Positions 11,821-23,619 of a stretch of DNA of 64,000 bases are shown piece by piece; position 1 is the first letter of the stretch, and the number at the start of each line of letters is the position of its first letter. The stretch lies in assembly GCA_965235115.1 (NCBI GenBank), contig OZ249436.1, positions 39,310,001 through 39,374,000 of the forward strand, written 5' to 3'. The notes beneath the pieces were generated by a model. It saw only the letters and a list, made by a program, of their open reading frames with translations. It was not told where the DNA came from and ran no database searches. Position numbers and translations under genes: made by a program. Source of the DNA: Laetmonice hystrix. Its lineage: Eukaryota.

Positions 11821-14179
11821 CTATGACATCATTTGGGTGGGTGGGTATTTTGGGTTTTACGCCTTGCAACAGCGAGGGTCATATCATGGCGGTGAGTGAG
11901 TGAGTGAGTGAGTGAGTGAGTAGTGGTGGTTTTCCGCCGTGTCGGCATCCGGGGCCATCTTCACGGCGAAAACAGAGTTATAAGACCATAAAACCAAAGG
12001 AACCTATTTTATCCCGGGTCCCAACGGGATCACGGCGGTGAAGATGATGATGAAAGTTAGTTTTTCTTGGTGGAGGAAACCGGAGTACCCGCAGAAAAAG
12101 ATGTCAGTAGACTTGTAAATAAACATATACTACCTTATAAGAAGAAAACTGCACATTATGTACTCATCAGGTTGTGTTCAAGAAAGTTCTACCCTGCTTG
12201 TATCATATAACAGTCTACTTGTATACAAATGATTATTTACCAAGCCATAAATGTATCTAAATACTATAAATTGTTATATAACAATACCTATCATATTTCA
12301 AGTTAGTCTATAACGGTTTAAAAGGAAAATAAAAGCCCGGATGCCTAAATAATATTGGGCAAACCAAGCTGATTGGCGATATATCCCTAATTTTGAAGTA
12401 GCAAGTTGCACTGACCCACCCATGAAAACCCGTTGATATAACACATTAAGCTACTACTTACAAATGTCTATCATGCAGAAATATTAAGTAGGGATATCAT
12501 ACTTAACAAAAATGCATATTAGAATTTGCCCCCCAAACTGGTACCGATTGGCCATTTTTGGCCCATCTGGCTCATGGACTATGATTAGAGTCGCCTAGGC
12601 CCCTATTTGTTCGCTTTTACTCCGACACGCTCCAAGCCTGGAACCTTAATTCTCACTGCCGTGACCGACCGGCTCAGTGGCAGGGTGTTGCCGGGCTCCG
12701 ACGGCCGAGAACGCCGGCAACACCGTCACTGGACCCCTGCCTACTTCCCTGGCATAATAACATGCACAAGACGCACATTTTATCGCTTATAATGCGCCGA
12801 ATCATTATACACAACATGTAAACATTGCCCTTACATGTTCTTTGTGGCCATTTTGTCACGTGGTTTGTCCGACTCAACCCTCGTGTCGCCCAGAGTTGAG
12901 TCGGACCGGGTAAATGGGTCACATATGACGTCACGCGGGTCGCTACCCTTGGGTTTTTTGGAGTTCGATTGGCACTGGGACCAGTCGGACCGACTCCAGA
13001 GTTCCAAACGAACTCTGCCTATCACAGAGGCAAGGCGGGCGGGAGGGCACCGTGTGAATTTGTCAACGAGCAGGTGCGCGTCACGCGACACCATGGAATT
13101 CCCCTGTCCGTTCCCAGTCCCAGTTCAAATGGCGTCTTAATGCGCAAGAACGGATTAACGGTGCACGGCTGACGAATTCATGTGAATATGTCCAGATTAT
13201 CGTTCATTTCTCAGCTAAAAGGCAGGTATACCTACGATAATGTTTCTGCTTGATGTTGAAAGCGTTTGGCGTTTGTCTGTACGTATAGTCGTTTAAATAC
13301 AACACATGGTTTTTTCAGGGTAGTTGAGGATTAGAAATACCCCATATATATATATATGATAATTGCCACTTAATACCAGGCTCTCGTGCAGAACACCTAT
13401 AACTAGTCAGCATGATTTGATGACAAGTTGCGAATCAGTCGCGAAAGCTGATCCACTGGAAAATACAGTTGCCAAGTTCCAGTCGCCAGTGGGCGAAATC
13501 AAACATGTTTGATTTCACCAAGGGAGGTTGCGAACAGGTTGCAAAGCCAGGTGAGTCACAGAGCCAGTTGCGAACCCCTCATGACAGGTGATCCACCAAA
13601 ATAGTGTTCGTGTCGTGTTCGCGACTGGGATGTCAACTGTAGGACTTCCCCGAGTTGCAAACAGGTTGCCCAGAGGTTGCCAACGAGTCGCAAGGCCAAG
13701 TTGCTAGCGGTGGATCAGGGGCATTACGTATACACAATGTCACCTCAGGTTTGCTCAGACGGCCGACTTAGCGGCAAGCTTTCACACTCATTGTTAAGAG
13801 TTCCGGCTTCGGCTATTACCTGCTTCGGCTATTCGGGTATTACCTTGTGCTGGGTCCTATTGTCTTTAGACCCACCCCGCCAATGTGTCTGGAACCCTGT
13901 GTCACCTCACCGCACATGCTCGACTCATTAAAAATGTACAACCATACTGTAGCAGGTCCAGCTATTGGTCAGTTTCAATAATCACCCAAGGTTACAAAAG
14001 TTAATGTTCCCCTATAGTATTCAGCAGAGGGAACCATCGACAACTCACCTGTGAACATATATGTCCACTTTGGAGTTAGCCAAGGAGTTAGCTAAGGTAC
14101 CAAGCTAGCATATATCAACGATTGGACTTCAACCATCTATATTCTACCAGGAGAAACGTTCTTCTGTGAATGAGTGAAC

Positions 14180-15409
14180 TGTCACATAGTGCAGACGGCA
14201 CTGAACGTTTGAATATCATTGTGCAACGTGTGACGTAGAAATTCCTCTAGGTTAGTTTCTAATCCGCCAGGTGGCGCTGTGGTCTGATAGTGCTGTTACA
14301 TGTCCCGCCAGAGGGAGCTTGAGTAGGAGGTTCCGGGTAATAGTCGGAAACCAGAAAGTTCTAAAACAACTAGAATGATCCAAGGACAGTCGAACATTCT
14401 ACAACGAGAAGGTTCTTAAACTGAAGGTATATAAGCTGGTAGAACTGAGGATGCGGGGAGACTTGCGTTGAGATCTAACAGAGAGTATAGTTTAACGTTA
14501 GTGACTACGTTGGAACAAGACCTGAGTGACGATTGTGAGATTGTGTATTATCGCTCAGTGTGGGATTACAAAAGCTGTCGTATTTGGGCCTTGAGGTGTA
14601 CAATAGACTATAGATTTCGTGTGCTACTGAAGTTGGCGACTTCAATAGGAAGATTTATCCACGGATTCCTGGAGTACATATCTGAACTTGTGCTGTGGAC
14701 ATTGTGCTTGTGAAAACCACGGAGGAAGACAATTGGAACTGTATGTGAGCTTTGGATTTACGTGTTGGCATTGTGCTTGTGAAATCCACGGAGGAAACAA
14801 ACTAGGACTTTATTCGAACTCGAGTTTGGATTTACGTATGGACTGAGAACGTTCTGGAATTGCAGACGGGACAATAGACCACAATAGATGGTAGGAACAT
14901 TCCAGAAGGTAAAACACTGAGTTTTATGATTGTGAATCAGACCTTATTTTGTTATCATTGTGTAACTGTGAGGATTCATTAAATTGTTTTAAAATTAAAT
15001 TCTGGGTGTTTGTCATCTACTGCCGTTGGCCACGTAACAAACGACCTTCGACTTGGCCGCCGCCATCATCTTCAGTGCTACCAGATCTACAGATCATCCC
15101 TTTATTCTGCCAGTTTCATCATCTGTCCGCCCAGAGCCCAACTGTGTGTGACCTTTAGCCTGTGTGGACAATCAATTCCTATTTGGAATCGGCAGTTGGA
15201 CAATCGGAAATTAAGTGCCAATATATTTTATATCTATCGTGGAGACAGCCGAGAAATATAAGGTAACCCACCGGATGCATTGTGATATATTATCTGTAAA
15301 TAAACCACTGTATACAATATATCCATGTGTGACTTGTTTCCACATTTTTCATGTTGCGTGTGGTAGTGTTGCCGGAGGAAACCCCTCATGAGCGGCCCTG
15401 CACGTGACA
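14180..15409 (+). mobile_element. Solo LTR (Gypsy-like)
   Basis: Termini TGTCAC...GTGACA, TATA-like gtatataag at ~14428, AATAAA at ~15299, internal direct repeats. No matching TSD. Confidence 0.6.
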
Positions 15410-15920
15410 ATAGCTAATCAATTTTGACAAGTTTGACATGGTTGGTGGAGACAAATTAATGGTGAATAAAATTGAGTGTCTAAAATTCCGGATTTCGTCG
15501 TCACTCATGTACTACTGATTTTCGTGTTTGGGACCAAGTACGAAAATCAGTGCATGAGTATGAGATGCAGGCAAAACAAAGAATGGAAAATATAACAATA
15601 TAGATCTATGACAGTAAAATAGGGGTTGATACGAAATGCTAAAAGCAAAAGGTCTCTCCGCCCCTAGCGAGGATACCTTCAAACCACCAGTGAAATCCCC
15701 ACTCTTTATAGGGGAATCTTTCATACGGCCTCTGAACATTATTTTATCTATCAAAAGAAAGAAAACCCGTTCGGACCTAGCGATAGTTAAAGCAAACTTA
15801 CCAGAAGGTTAACCTCATCAGGATGTTGGCCTTCAAGATCGGGTTGGGCCGTGCCATCCTCCGTCACTCTGCTATCTCTATAGGAACCAGAGACGTCTGA
15901 TTATACAGTGTGGAGTCTTA

Positions 15921-16075
15921 AGGCCGGGACACATCTGGCGATTTCTGCCGGCGACAGTGGCGTATCCAGAAATTCTTTAAGGGGGATTTGCGATGGCCAT
16001 TAGGCCATGGTTCTTTGTAAAATTTTAAAAAAAGACGGGCCCGGCGATTCGGAGTCGCTAGATGTGTCCCGGCCT
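15921..16075. mobile_element. Short PIF/Harbinger-like MITE
   Basis: tta|aggccgggacacatct ... agatgtgtcccggcct|tta. Confidence 0.75.
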
Positions 16076-16629
16076 TTACGCTGTCATCAGGGAACACTGC
16101 TGGCCTGAACTTGATAACTTTTGCTGGTGAAAGCGCAAGGTAATGTCGAGTGTATAAGAGAGAGGTATATACACCGTAAACTTTCTAACGAAAAGGATAA
16201 AAAAATGTCACCAGTTTTGTGAGGTAGATTTTTACGTTCTCCTCGATTGATATAACAAAATGTTCTGTGTAGAATGTTTTACCCTATCGAATACAATGTA
16301 GAATAGAATAGAGGAGAGTTGTCAGGATTGTACCCCTCAACGCAGAATGGCCATCTAGGTTAGAAAAATAAGTTACCCCCTGTAAAGTTATTATTTAATA
16401 ATTAAAGTTTAGTTTTCCTATGGAGAAAAATCGGCCGTAGTATCTCAAAATCGGCCATAAATCGGTTTGTGTATGGGCCTTATGCCACCCAAATATCTCA
16501 ATCCGGGGCCCCTTATGACATAACTAAACAACACTAACAACATAATGGCGTGACTAACCTTCCCTCTACCCACCCAGTCTGTGATAAACTACGCATCACT
16601 GCAGGCCATGGTACGAAGTGTACTGGTTA

Positions 16630-18080
16630 TGCCCCCATTCCACTTAGGCCGATCAGCCCCGATTGGCCCCGATTAGCCCCGATGCCCAGGTCGGGAGCGA
16701 TCGGGACACTTTGGCCAAAAAAAGGTCATCTACGCTGTATCCACGTCCTAAGTACGTTTTAAGTACGCTCCGATTACGATCAATACGCTGTAACCACGCT
16801 CATCGTGGGTAGATCGGTTCCCTGAAGACCCGATCGAAGCCGTTTGGAGCCGCTGTACCCCCATCACACTGGATAAAGACCTTACGGCGACCACGGCGAC
16901 CTCGCAGATCGCCGTTGGTCGCCGTCAACATCAGAAAACCCCTCCAAGTGTGACTGCAATGCCGCACCCACCCTGCTGCCACGACGTGGAAAAATGCAAT
17001 TCTCGGACAATTTAGGCCGTCCCTACCACGTCGTATGGCGTTGCTACCACGTCCTATACGATCACACTGCGCTCACTGCGCAGCAAGAACGCAGCTCTGA
17101 CGTCATGAGCGCAGCGGCAGCACCGTGCGGAGCGTGTAAAGGGCTCATTCTCGGTAGCATCGTGGTAAGAGCGCCGGGCCAGCGCCATGGGACAGGTAGG
17201 CCGATGCTACACCGTTCACTGGCGCTCGACCTGCGCTCTCAGGAATCTGGTACTGCGCTCCTAGGACGCTGATGGTGATCGCATTTCGATCCACGGCGAC
17301 CCTGCGGCGTAAATTTTGTGCATGTTCAAAATTGGTCGCCGCTAATGGCGCTCATGGTGACCATATGACGACCCAGGGAGACACTATCTCGCTCCTATGA
17401 CGCTCAGAAGGACCTCAAGGCACTCTATCCACGCTCTACGGCAATCTGGCCCATTTTCTAGAGCGCAGCTAGATCGCCTTCTAGTGTGATGGGGGTATTA
17501 CCGCTCGCATACGCTGTAACCACGCTGCATTCCCGATCGCCGCCGATTGAAAACTGATCCAACGCCGATGGTGCCGATCTGTTGCCGTTTCAACTACGTC
17601 ATTCCCGACCAAACCGATGTAACTACGCTCCATTCCCGTCTTTAACCCAACTAAAAAGCAGATTTCAGGTCACGATCCATATAAATAGGCCCCGATTTGC
17701 TATGAAGACAGCCATGGATCAACATGGATCGGCATTGAAGACCGATCGGTAACGATCGTTGTCGAAACGGGACAACATAATCCTCCCGCTGCAACGACGC
17801 TGTCATCACGATCAATCCGTTCTAGCTACGACCAAGCCGTTCTAAGTACGATCATTCCGATCGGACTGCGCTGCATTCACGCTGTATTCACGATCAGTTC
17901 AGATCGTATAGATCGGGACGAAATTTTGAACATTTTCAAAATTCCGTCCCGATCTATACGATCTCCCCGACCGACCAGGATCGAAGGAGTTCCATTTTCG
18001 ATCATCCTGATCTGGCCCCGTTCCAAAACCGTTCCAAATACGATCGTTCCCGTTCCTCAGATCGGGGTCGATCGGCCTAA
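16630..18080. mobile_element. PIF/Harbinger-like MITE with a nested MITE at 16856-17497
   Basis: Outer ends ttaggccgatc / gatcggcctaa. Inner TIRs tacccccatcacact / agtgtgatgggggta. Confidence 0.6.
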
Positions 18081-18272
18081 TGCCACTATTCCACACAGAC
18101 CACGAATCCCACGAATTGCCAGGATTTGATAAATTTTAGGATTCGTGAGGATTCGTGATATTTTGCAAATTTCTTGTCCAATTCGTGATGATGTACGATT
18201 CTGTTACGATAAAGCTACGATATAATTACGAATATTCGTGCGATTCTGCTCGAACCGCGATGGGGGTATTAA

Positions 18273-18456
18273 AGGGAATAGAAAAATTCCTCACTAACGT
18301 ACCTTACACCAGTAACACCATATAAAGTGTCTAAGGTCACAACGATAAGTGGATTATTCCTTTATTAAAGATCAGATAATCACGGAATTGTAGGTAAGAA
18401 CAAGCTTATTCATGCTGAACACCCTTATATTGATAGTTTGAACTTTTCTATTCCCT
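18273..18456. mobile_element. Kolobok-like MITE
   Basis: TTAA|agggaatagaaaa ... ttttctattccct|TTAA. Confidence 0.7.
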
Positions 18457-19489
18457 TTAAGAGAAACATAGTAAAATCATACTGATAAGGTAAATAGGAA
18501 GTCACATGAGCAAACTTATAAGGGAGTCTGAAAATGTGCCCGGCACAGCTAAGATATAGGCAGGGTAACGATGTTAGACCTGCCAGTCCCCAGACACTTG
18601 CCACGCTGGGGGGCATCTAGAACGAGCAGACTTCCGGGGGGGGGGGGGTGCCGCCTACAGAGAGGGCTGCATCCTGCGGGTTATCAATGTCAGGGCTGGC
18701 CTCCTGAAACACTGCTGGTGGCTGGCAAAGGAGGGGCAGGCGGAGCAGGAGAACAATCTCCAGACTGGCTCATTCGAAAACCGACCATTCCGACCCAGAA
18801 GCCTTATCAATGTCATCAACATCGTAGGTCTTAGAACGAAACTGAGACCTAGTAAACTTCCGCAGTTGACACATGATGTCATCGATGGCGACAAGGATGT
18901 ACATGTCCCTGCCCAGGTTTTGTCACGATCTCCCTTAAAGGAGAAGACCAGTCAAAAATCACATTTGGACAGCTGCAAGGCCTCTATATATACTCACCTT
19001 TCAGAGTAGTGGTTGGAAATAAATGTCCCCCTATTCCAAGAAGTCATATATTGAACATGACAACCGTGTCAAAATCACTGGCTTCAGCAGCGCAGCCATT
19101 TGTTGCTATTGGGCTGACCGGAAGTGACGTTCCAGGGCTAATCTTTTGCATGCCAGGGCTAGGCTATATTTTATAATACTAGGCTAAAGGCAGCCGAGGC
19201 GGGTGGCAAATCAACGGGGGTCAGTCCCACTGTCACAGTCACAACTAAACGCAGCAGGTCTGTGCTGATCATGCTGACACTGTCATTGCTCGCGGTCGTA
19301 GTCAGAGTGGCGCCCGGCCTCAGGGGCCAGAGCTGCCGTCAACATCCCACGCATGCACGAATCCAAGTGGGACGAATGCAGGCGGCCGAAACCCACGGCT
19401 GCCCAGATCCGTGTCCACCCTCATATGTCCCCTGACATCGGTAGGCTTTTCCTATAGCCATATCCTCATCACTATCGATGGTTTTCGTC

Positions 19490-20334
19490 TATGTTCTAAC
19501 AAATTTTGCTTATAAGCTGTCAACGTTCGCTGCCTTCCAAATCGATCAACGCAACAGGTGCGTCAGCTTTCAGTTCCTCCAAAACTGGAAAGCAGTCGTG
19601 CTGCGCATGCTCGCCTAGGGCGAGCATGCGTACTTTGAGATTAGCCCAAAGAATGGCGGCCTTCACCAGCTGAGCAGGTTGTAAGAAGCCTCCGGCACTA
19701 AAGTGCCTATATCTTAACCATCTGAGCACCAATTGTGTTCAAATATTTTTTAACTTGCTTAGAATATCACGGCATGTGTGCCTGGCCTATACAGACTGGC
19801 GATGGTCTTTTCTTTTAAGATACGCAAGATCGCCGACATGGAGTTCACGTTCCTGGGCAGGTGTTTTGCCGCGGGTTTTAGACAGGGCAGTAGCCTGGTG
19901 AGATTGGCTGCGTGTCAATTGCTGCTGATGAATGACGTGGCGATCATGAATCGGAAGTTGCTGCCTAGAAAACTGGTCATGCTGCGTCCAAACTTCACGG
20001 GCAGAGAGTCCATCTCGGCGTAGACGGACATTTATACTGGCAGTAGCCAGGGCAAGTTGACCTTAGATAGTGGGCCTCCTTCTAGGGACAATCACCAAGC
20101 GCACGGACTTCTGCAACCAATGCAAGTAAGGCATCACGAAGGCATTCATGCCGCTCACTCTCCACAAAGCAGGTGAGTGTGTAAGAAGACAGCTTCTCGG
20201 AGAACTAAAATCAGCTGCTTGTAGCACTTCATGACGTCCACTGCATAAGACGTTCCAATGATATCAGGTGGCGATCCTGTTGACTAAGGGTAAAGACTCG
20301 TAGGTATGGAGTTTAGTGACACACAGTGGTGACA
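19490..20334 (-). pseudogene. LTR-retrotransposon integrase relic
   Basis: Broken frames give CHHCVSL (zinc CxxC), SPPDIIGTSYAVDVMKCYKQLILVLRE, ERHECLRDALLAL and LALATASINVRLRRDGLSAREVWTQHDQFS, recognisable as an invertebrate retrotransposon integrase. Confidence 0.7.
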
Positions 20335-21139
20335 TGTTGTAGTGGACCCACCCTGGAGAGGCGGCGGTCGGAGGTAGGAGGGAGACGGGGGGCTTACCGT
20401 ACCATGTACCCCAGTGAAGACAAGTCAACGACGGCTGGCGGTGGTGATCATTGTATTCTCAGACGTATACACATACAGAGTATCGCGGGATACTCAACTA
20501 GCCTAGAGGCTGAACCTCATGCTAAACTGACAGGACTGAGAACAACTCACTCACTCGAAGATGAGTAACTAACTGCCTACTGACTATTCGGTCCCCATAT
20601 ATATCGAACTCCGTCCGCGTCAGCATCCCGGCCCGGAACTCCCCCCCCCCTCCACTTTGCCAGCAGTGGACCCGTAGGCTGCGGTCACCGACACGGACCT
20701 ACAAGATGACATCGTGTCACCGGTCGGTCAGTGTCCGGATCCCGCGGCTCCTAGTGACACCGCTCGCCCAGCTGGGGGTCCGCCATGGAGGCCAACACGG
20801 ACGGAAGACGCTGGGTACGTGCGGGTGTCAACTCACCATGGCAACGGTATCGATACGACCATTACACATCTTGGGAGGTGACGGCCCGAGCATTTCCGGA
20901 TCCGGCGCTGTACCAGCATCCGACTTAAGTGAACCCAATACTCCAGCAACTACACGATTAAATATATACATAACATCCAAGACACCCATCCTTAAGGGAA
21001 TATAAACGAGCACAAGGATTCGACTATACTAACATACAGAGATAATAACGTTTACAGTAATAACATATAGATATACATATATATATGGGGGAGGCCAACT
21101 ATATTAAATGTCCAGCGGCAGCGAAGCCTAGCCGCAACA
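20335..21139 (-). mobile_element. 3' LTR of an env-bearing LTR retrotransposon
   Basis: Termini TGTTG...CAACA. On the minus strand it is preceded by the polypurine tract AAGGGGGAGG (21142-21151). TATA-like atatatat at ~20600. Confidence 0.75.
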
Positions 21140-21149
21140 TACCTCCCCC

Positions 21150-21995
21150 TTAAAGATTGAAGTCCATTCTCAATCTACTGTATGTCCATTTTCGATCTAT
21201 TCTATGGTAGAAGCCATCGCGTGTAATGACATCGGCTCGTCGGCGGCAGCGCCACCCTAGCCCGGCCAGCGCGCCCAACAGGACCACGCCCACGACCAGG
21301 CCCACGTGCCAATGCTGAGGGGGCCCCAGGACGCCACAGGATGGTAGCGGTCTGAGGGTCAGGTCCGCCGCTGGGATCCTGACCCCACCACTCAGCCTAA
21401 TGCGTTCGGGCAATTGTTCAACGATGTGCTCGGGGAGCACTAATGTCACGTTGGGTGCCACAAAGATGTCGTAGTGGTAGGCCAGCCTGGAGTAGCGTGA
21501 TGCTACCGTGGAGGTGCGTGATCCTCCCCATTCCAGCTGGCATCCTTCCGCTAGCTGCCACATCTCAACGCTGTCTACCCAAAGTTTCTCGGGGATCGTC
21601 CCCATACATTAACTGTCACTTTGGTGAGGTTACTGCCCTTATGAAGCCACCAAACTCCCAGTGATGCGGAAGGCGCAGCGGCCTCCATATCGCATCGGGG
21701 AGTAACCCCACTCACTAGGTCCAGTTCGCAGGACTGGCTGGTCCTCACACGCCCGTCACACAGACGGGTAGCGCCTCCTCGACAGGAGCGCGCCTCGAAC
21801 GCCTCCGTTCGCCTCACATTGACGGCCACCAGGGGGCGCACCTGGAGCGTGATCAATGCTCCCGCCATAGCCACTGGGTACGCCGTCAATCGCCACAGTT
21901 GAAATTCCTCTGCCTGGCCAGCCCAGATTTCTGCGGCCGCCACCAGGCGATCTTCCCGGTCCCACAACACCTTCATGGGCGTGAACGTGTAATAC
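21150..21995 (-). pseudogene. C-terminal part of an envelope-like (fusion glycoprotein-like) ORF, frameshifted and 5'-truncated
   Basis: Two overlapping ORFs give a Cys-patterned ectodomain (SCRGGATRLC...SCELDLVSGVTPRC), N-x-T sequons, a TM segment VGLVVGVVLLGALAGLGW, then a basic RCRRR stop-transfer and a short tail ending at the PPT. Confidence 0.6.
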
Positions 21996-23131
21996 CAGTC
22001 CAGTTTCATAACTAATAACGCAGCCGCGTTATTAACGCAGATGCTCAAATAGCCTCATTTGAGGTTAATGTGTTGCATAACTAATAACGCAACGCACTAT
22101 GCGTTCATAGCGCGCGTTGTCTGGCTCTAAAATCGTTTAATTAACGCGCACCTATAAGGGTCTGCGCTAACTTCCCAGTATGAAATATTAAGCTGCCAAT
22201 TCTATGAAAATACGTACTTTACGTACCTATAATGAAAAGTAGGGGAGCCCGGGGACAGTTGTAACATTTTTCACATTATTGGTGTTTACTGAAAGCCCAA
22301 CTGAAGTAGAGGGCCTCCAATAATATCGACATATACGTCAATGTTTCCTATATTATGCAGACCAAAATAGCTGAAACGGGAGAACGGTACAATTTTCCAA
22401 TGGGTGTCGAGTGTTATAATTGTCCCCTATACCCGGGTCAATAGTAACACACCCCAGGGTCAATTGTACCGGGACGAAAAAGGGGTAAAATGTCCATTTA
22501 GAAAATATTTGTTATTCTCAATATGATTCGCACAAATACAAACGACTGCTGTTATTTCCGGGAAAAAAAGACTATTACAATTACATGTACATGAAACCTG
22601 AATGCTATAGACCTCTATGTACATAGATGGTTGGAATGGTTATGGGAATTATCAGGTGCCTGGGTCGTAATGTTACTCAATTGTATCATTTACAATCGTC
22701 TAGATGCACCAGTCTGACATGTTCATGCCCCCCCCCCCCCCCCCCACATGATTTGGCATACGCCCAAAGTACGTTGAATGGTAGCACTGATAAAATGGGT
22801 CGTACATCTCAAAATGTTAGGACATTAGAAGAAAAAATCAAATATGCAGAAAAATTACTCAGGTGGTCGAAACAAGGGGTTTTCCTGAGTGATAAAACTG
22901 TTGTACGTCGTGCGATTCATTTGCTGCTTTCACACAGGTAGCGTGCCTGTAGGTAAGGCTATCACGTTTTTTGCCGCGCTTGAATCGGATTATTTTTTGA
23001 AATATTTGCTGTGTTACTCCCCTATAAAAAGCATAATGATCCGTGAACACCGTCACGGATGGCAATATGGCTGCGCAACAGGAACAACGTATCGACCGTC
23101 GAAAAGTCTACCGGGTGTGAGTAAATCACAA

Positions 23132-23204
23132 GCCTCTATAGCTCAGTGGCTAGAACACTGGTCTCGTAAACCAGGGGTCGTGAGCTCAATCCTCACTGGA
23201 GGCT
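23132..23204 (+). tRNA. tRNA-Thr(CGT), possibly a pseudogene
   Basis: Cloverleaf: acceptor GCCTCTA/TGGAGGC, anticodon stem CTGGT/ACCAG with loop CTCGTAA, T stem GTGAG/CTCAC. T5 terminator at 23212-23216. Two deviations: D-stem GAAC and T-loop CTC. Confidence 0.8.
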
Positions 23205-23619
23205 CTAAGAATTTTTCGTCCTTTCTAACTCTCTTGAAAAAACAGGTTGTTTCATCGTTGGCCAGCCGCCTTATACTCAATTGAGGAAAGGGGAATTATT
23301 ATGCTGTACCTCATTTTTGGCCTGCTCCTGTTGCATGTTTTCTTCACTCTACAACTGTCCAGGAAGGTTCATGAACATTATCAGAGAAGTACTAAGTCAT
23401 GATATGTGGGCTCACATATCGTGAACGCGTAATACAAGAGCGTAAGTGGTGTGGTAAAAAAAACTGTGTTAATTATTTCTTAATTTCTTACTAAATACAT
23501 ATTAGTTATTTATTGATGGATCACGCGGCTATATACAGAGTTCCCCCGTCTGGGTGTTCTCACTCTCACACCCCAGGAATGGGTTGTTTTCTCCTTCATT
23601 TCAGTTTTGCCTAGCCCTT

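Larger units (their letters stand above)
8658..12581. mobile_element. Academ-like non-autonomous DNA transposon with nested insertions
   Basis: TIRs tagtccatgagccaga...atcggtaccagtttggggggcaaatt and its reverse complement at 12523-12581. 3-bp TSD TGA on both sides; termini begin 5'-TAG. Confidence 0.7.
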
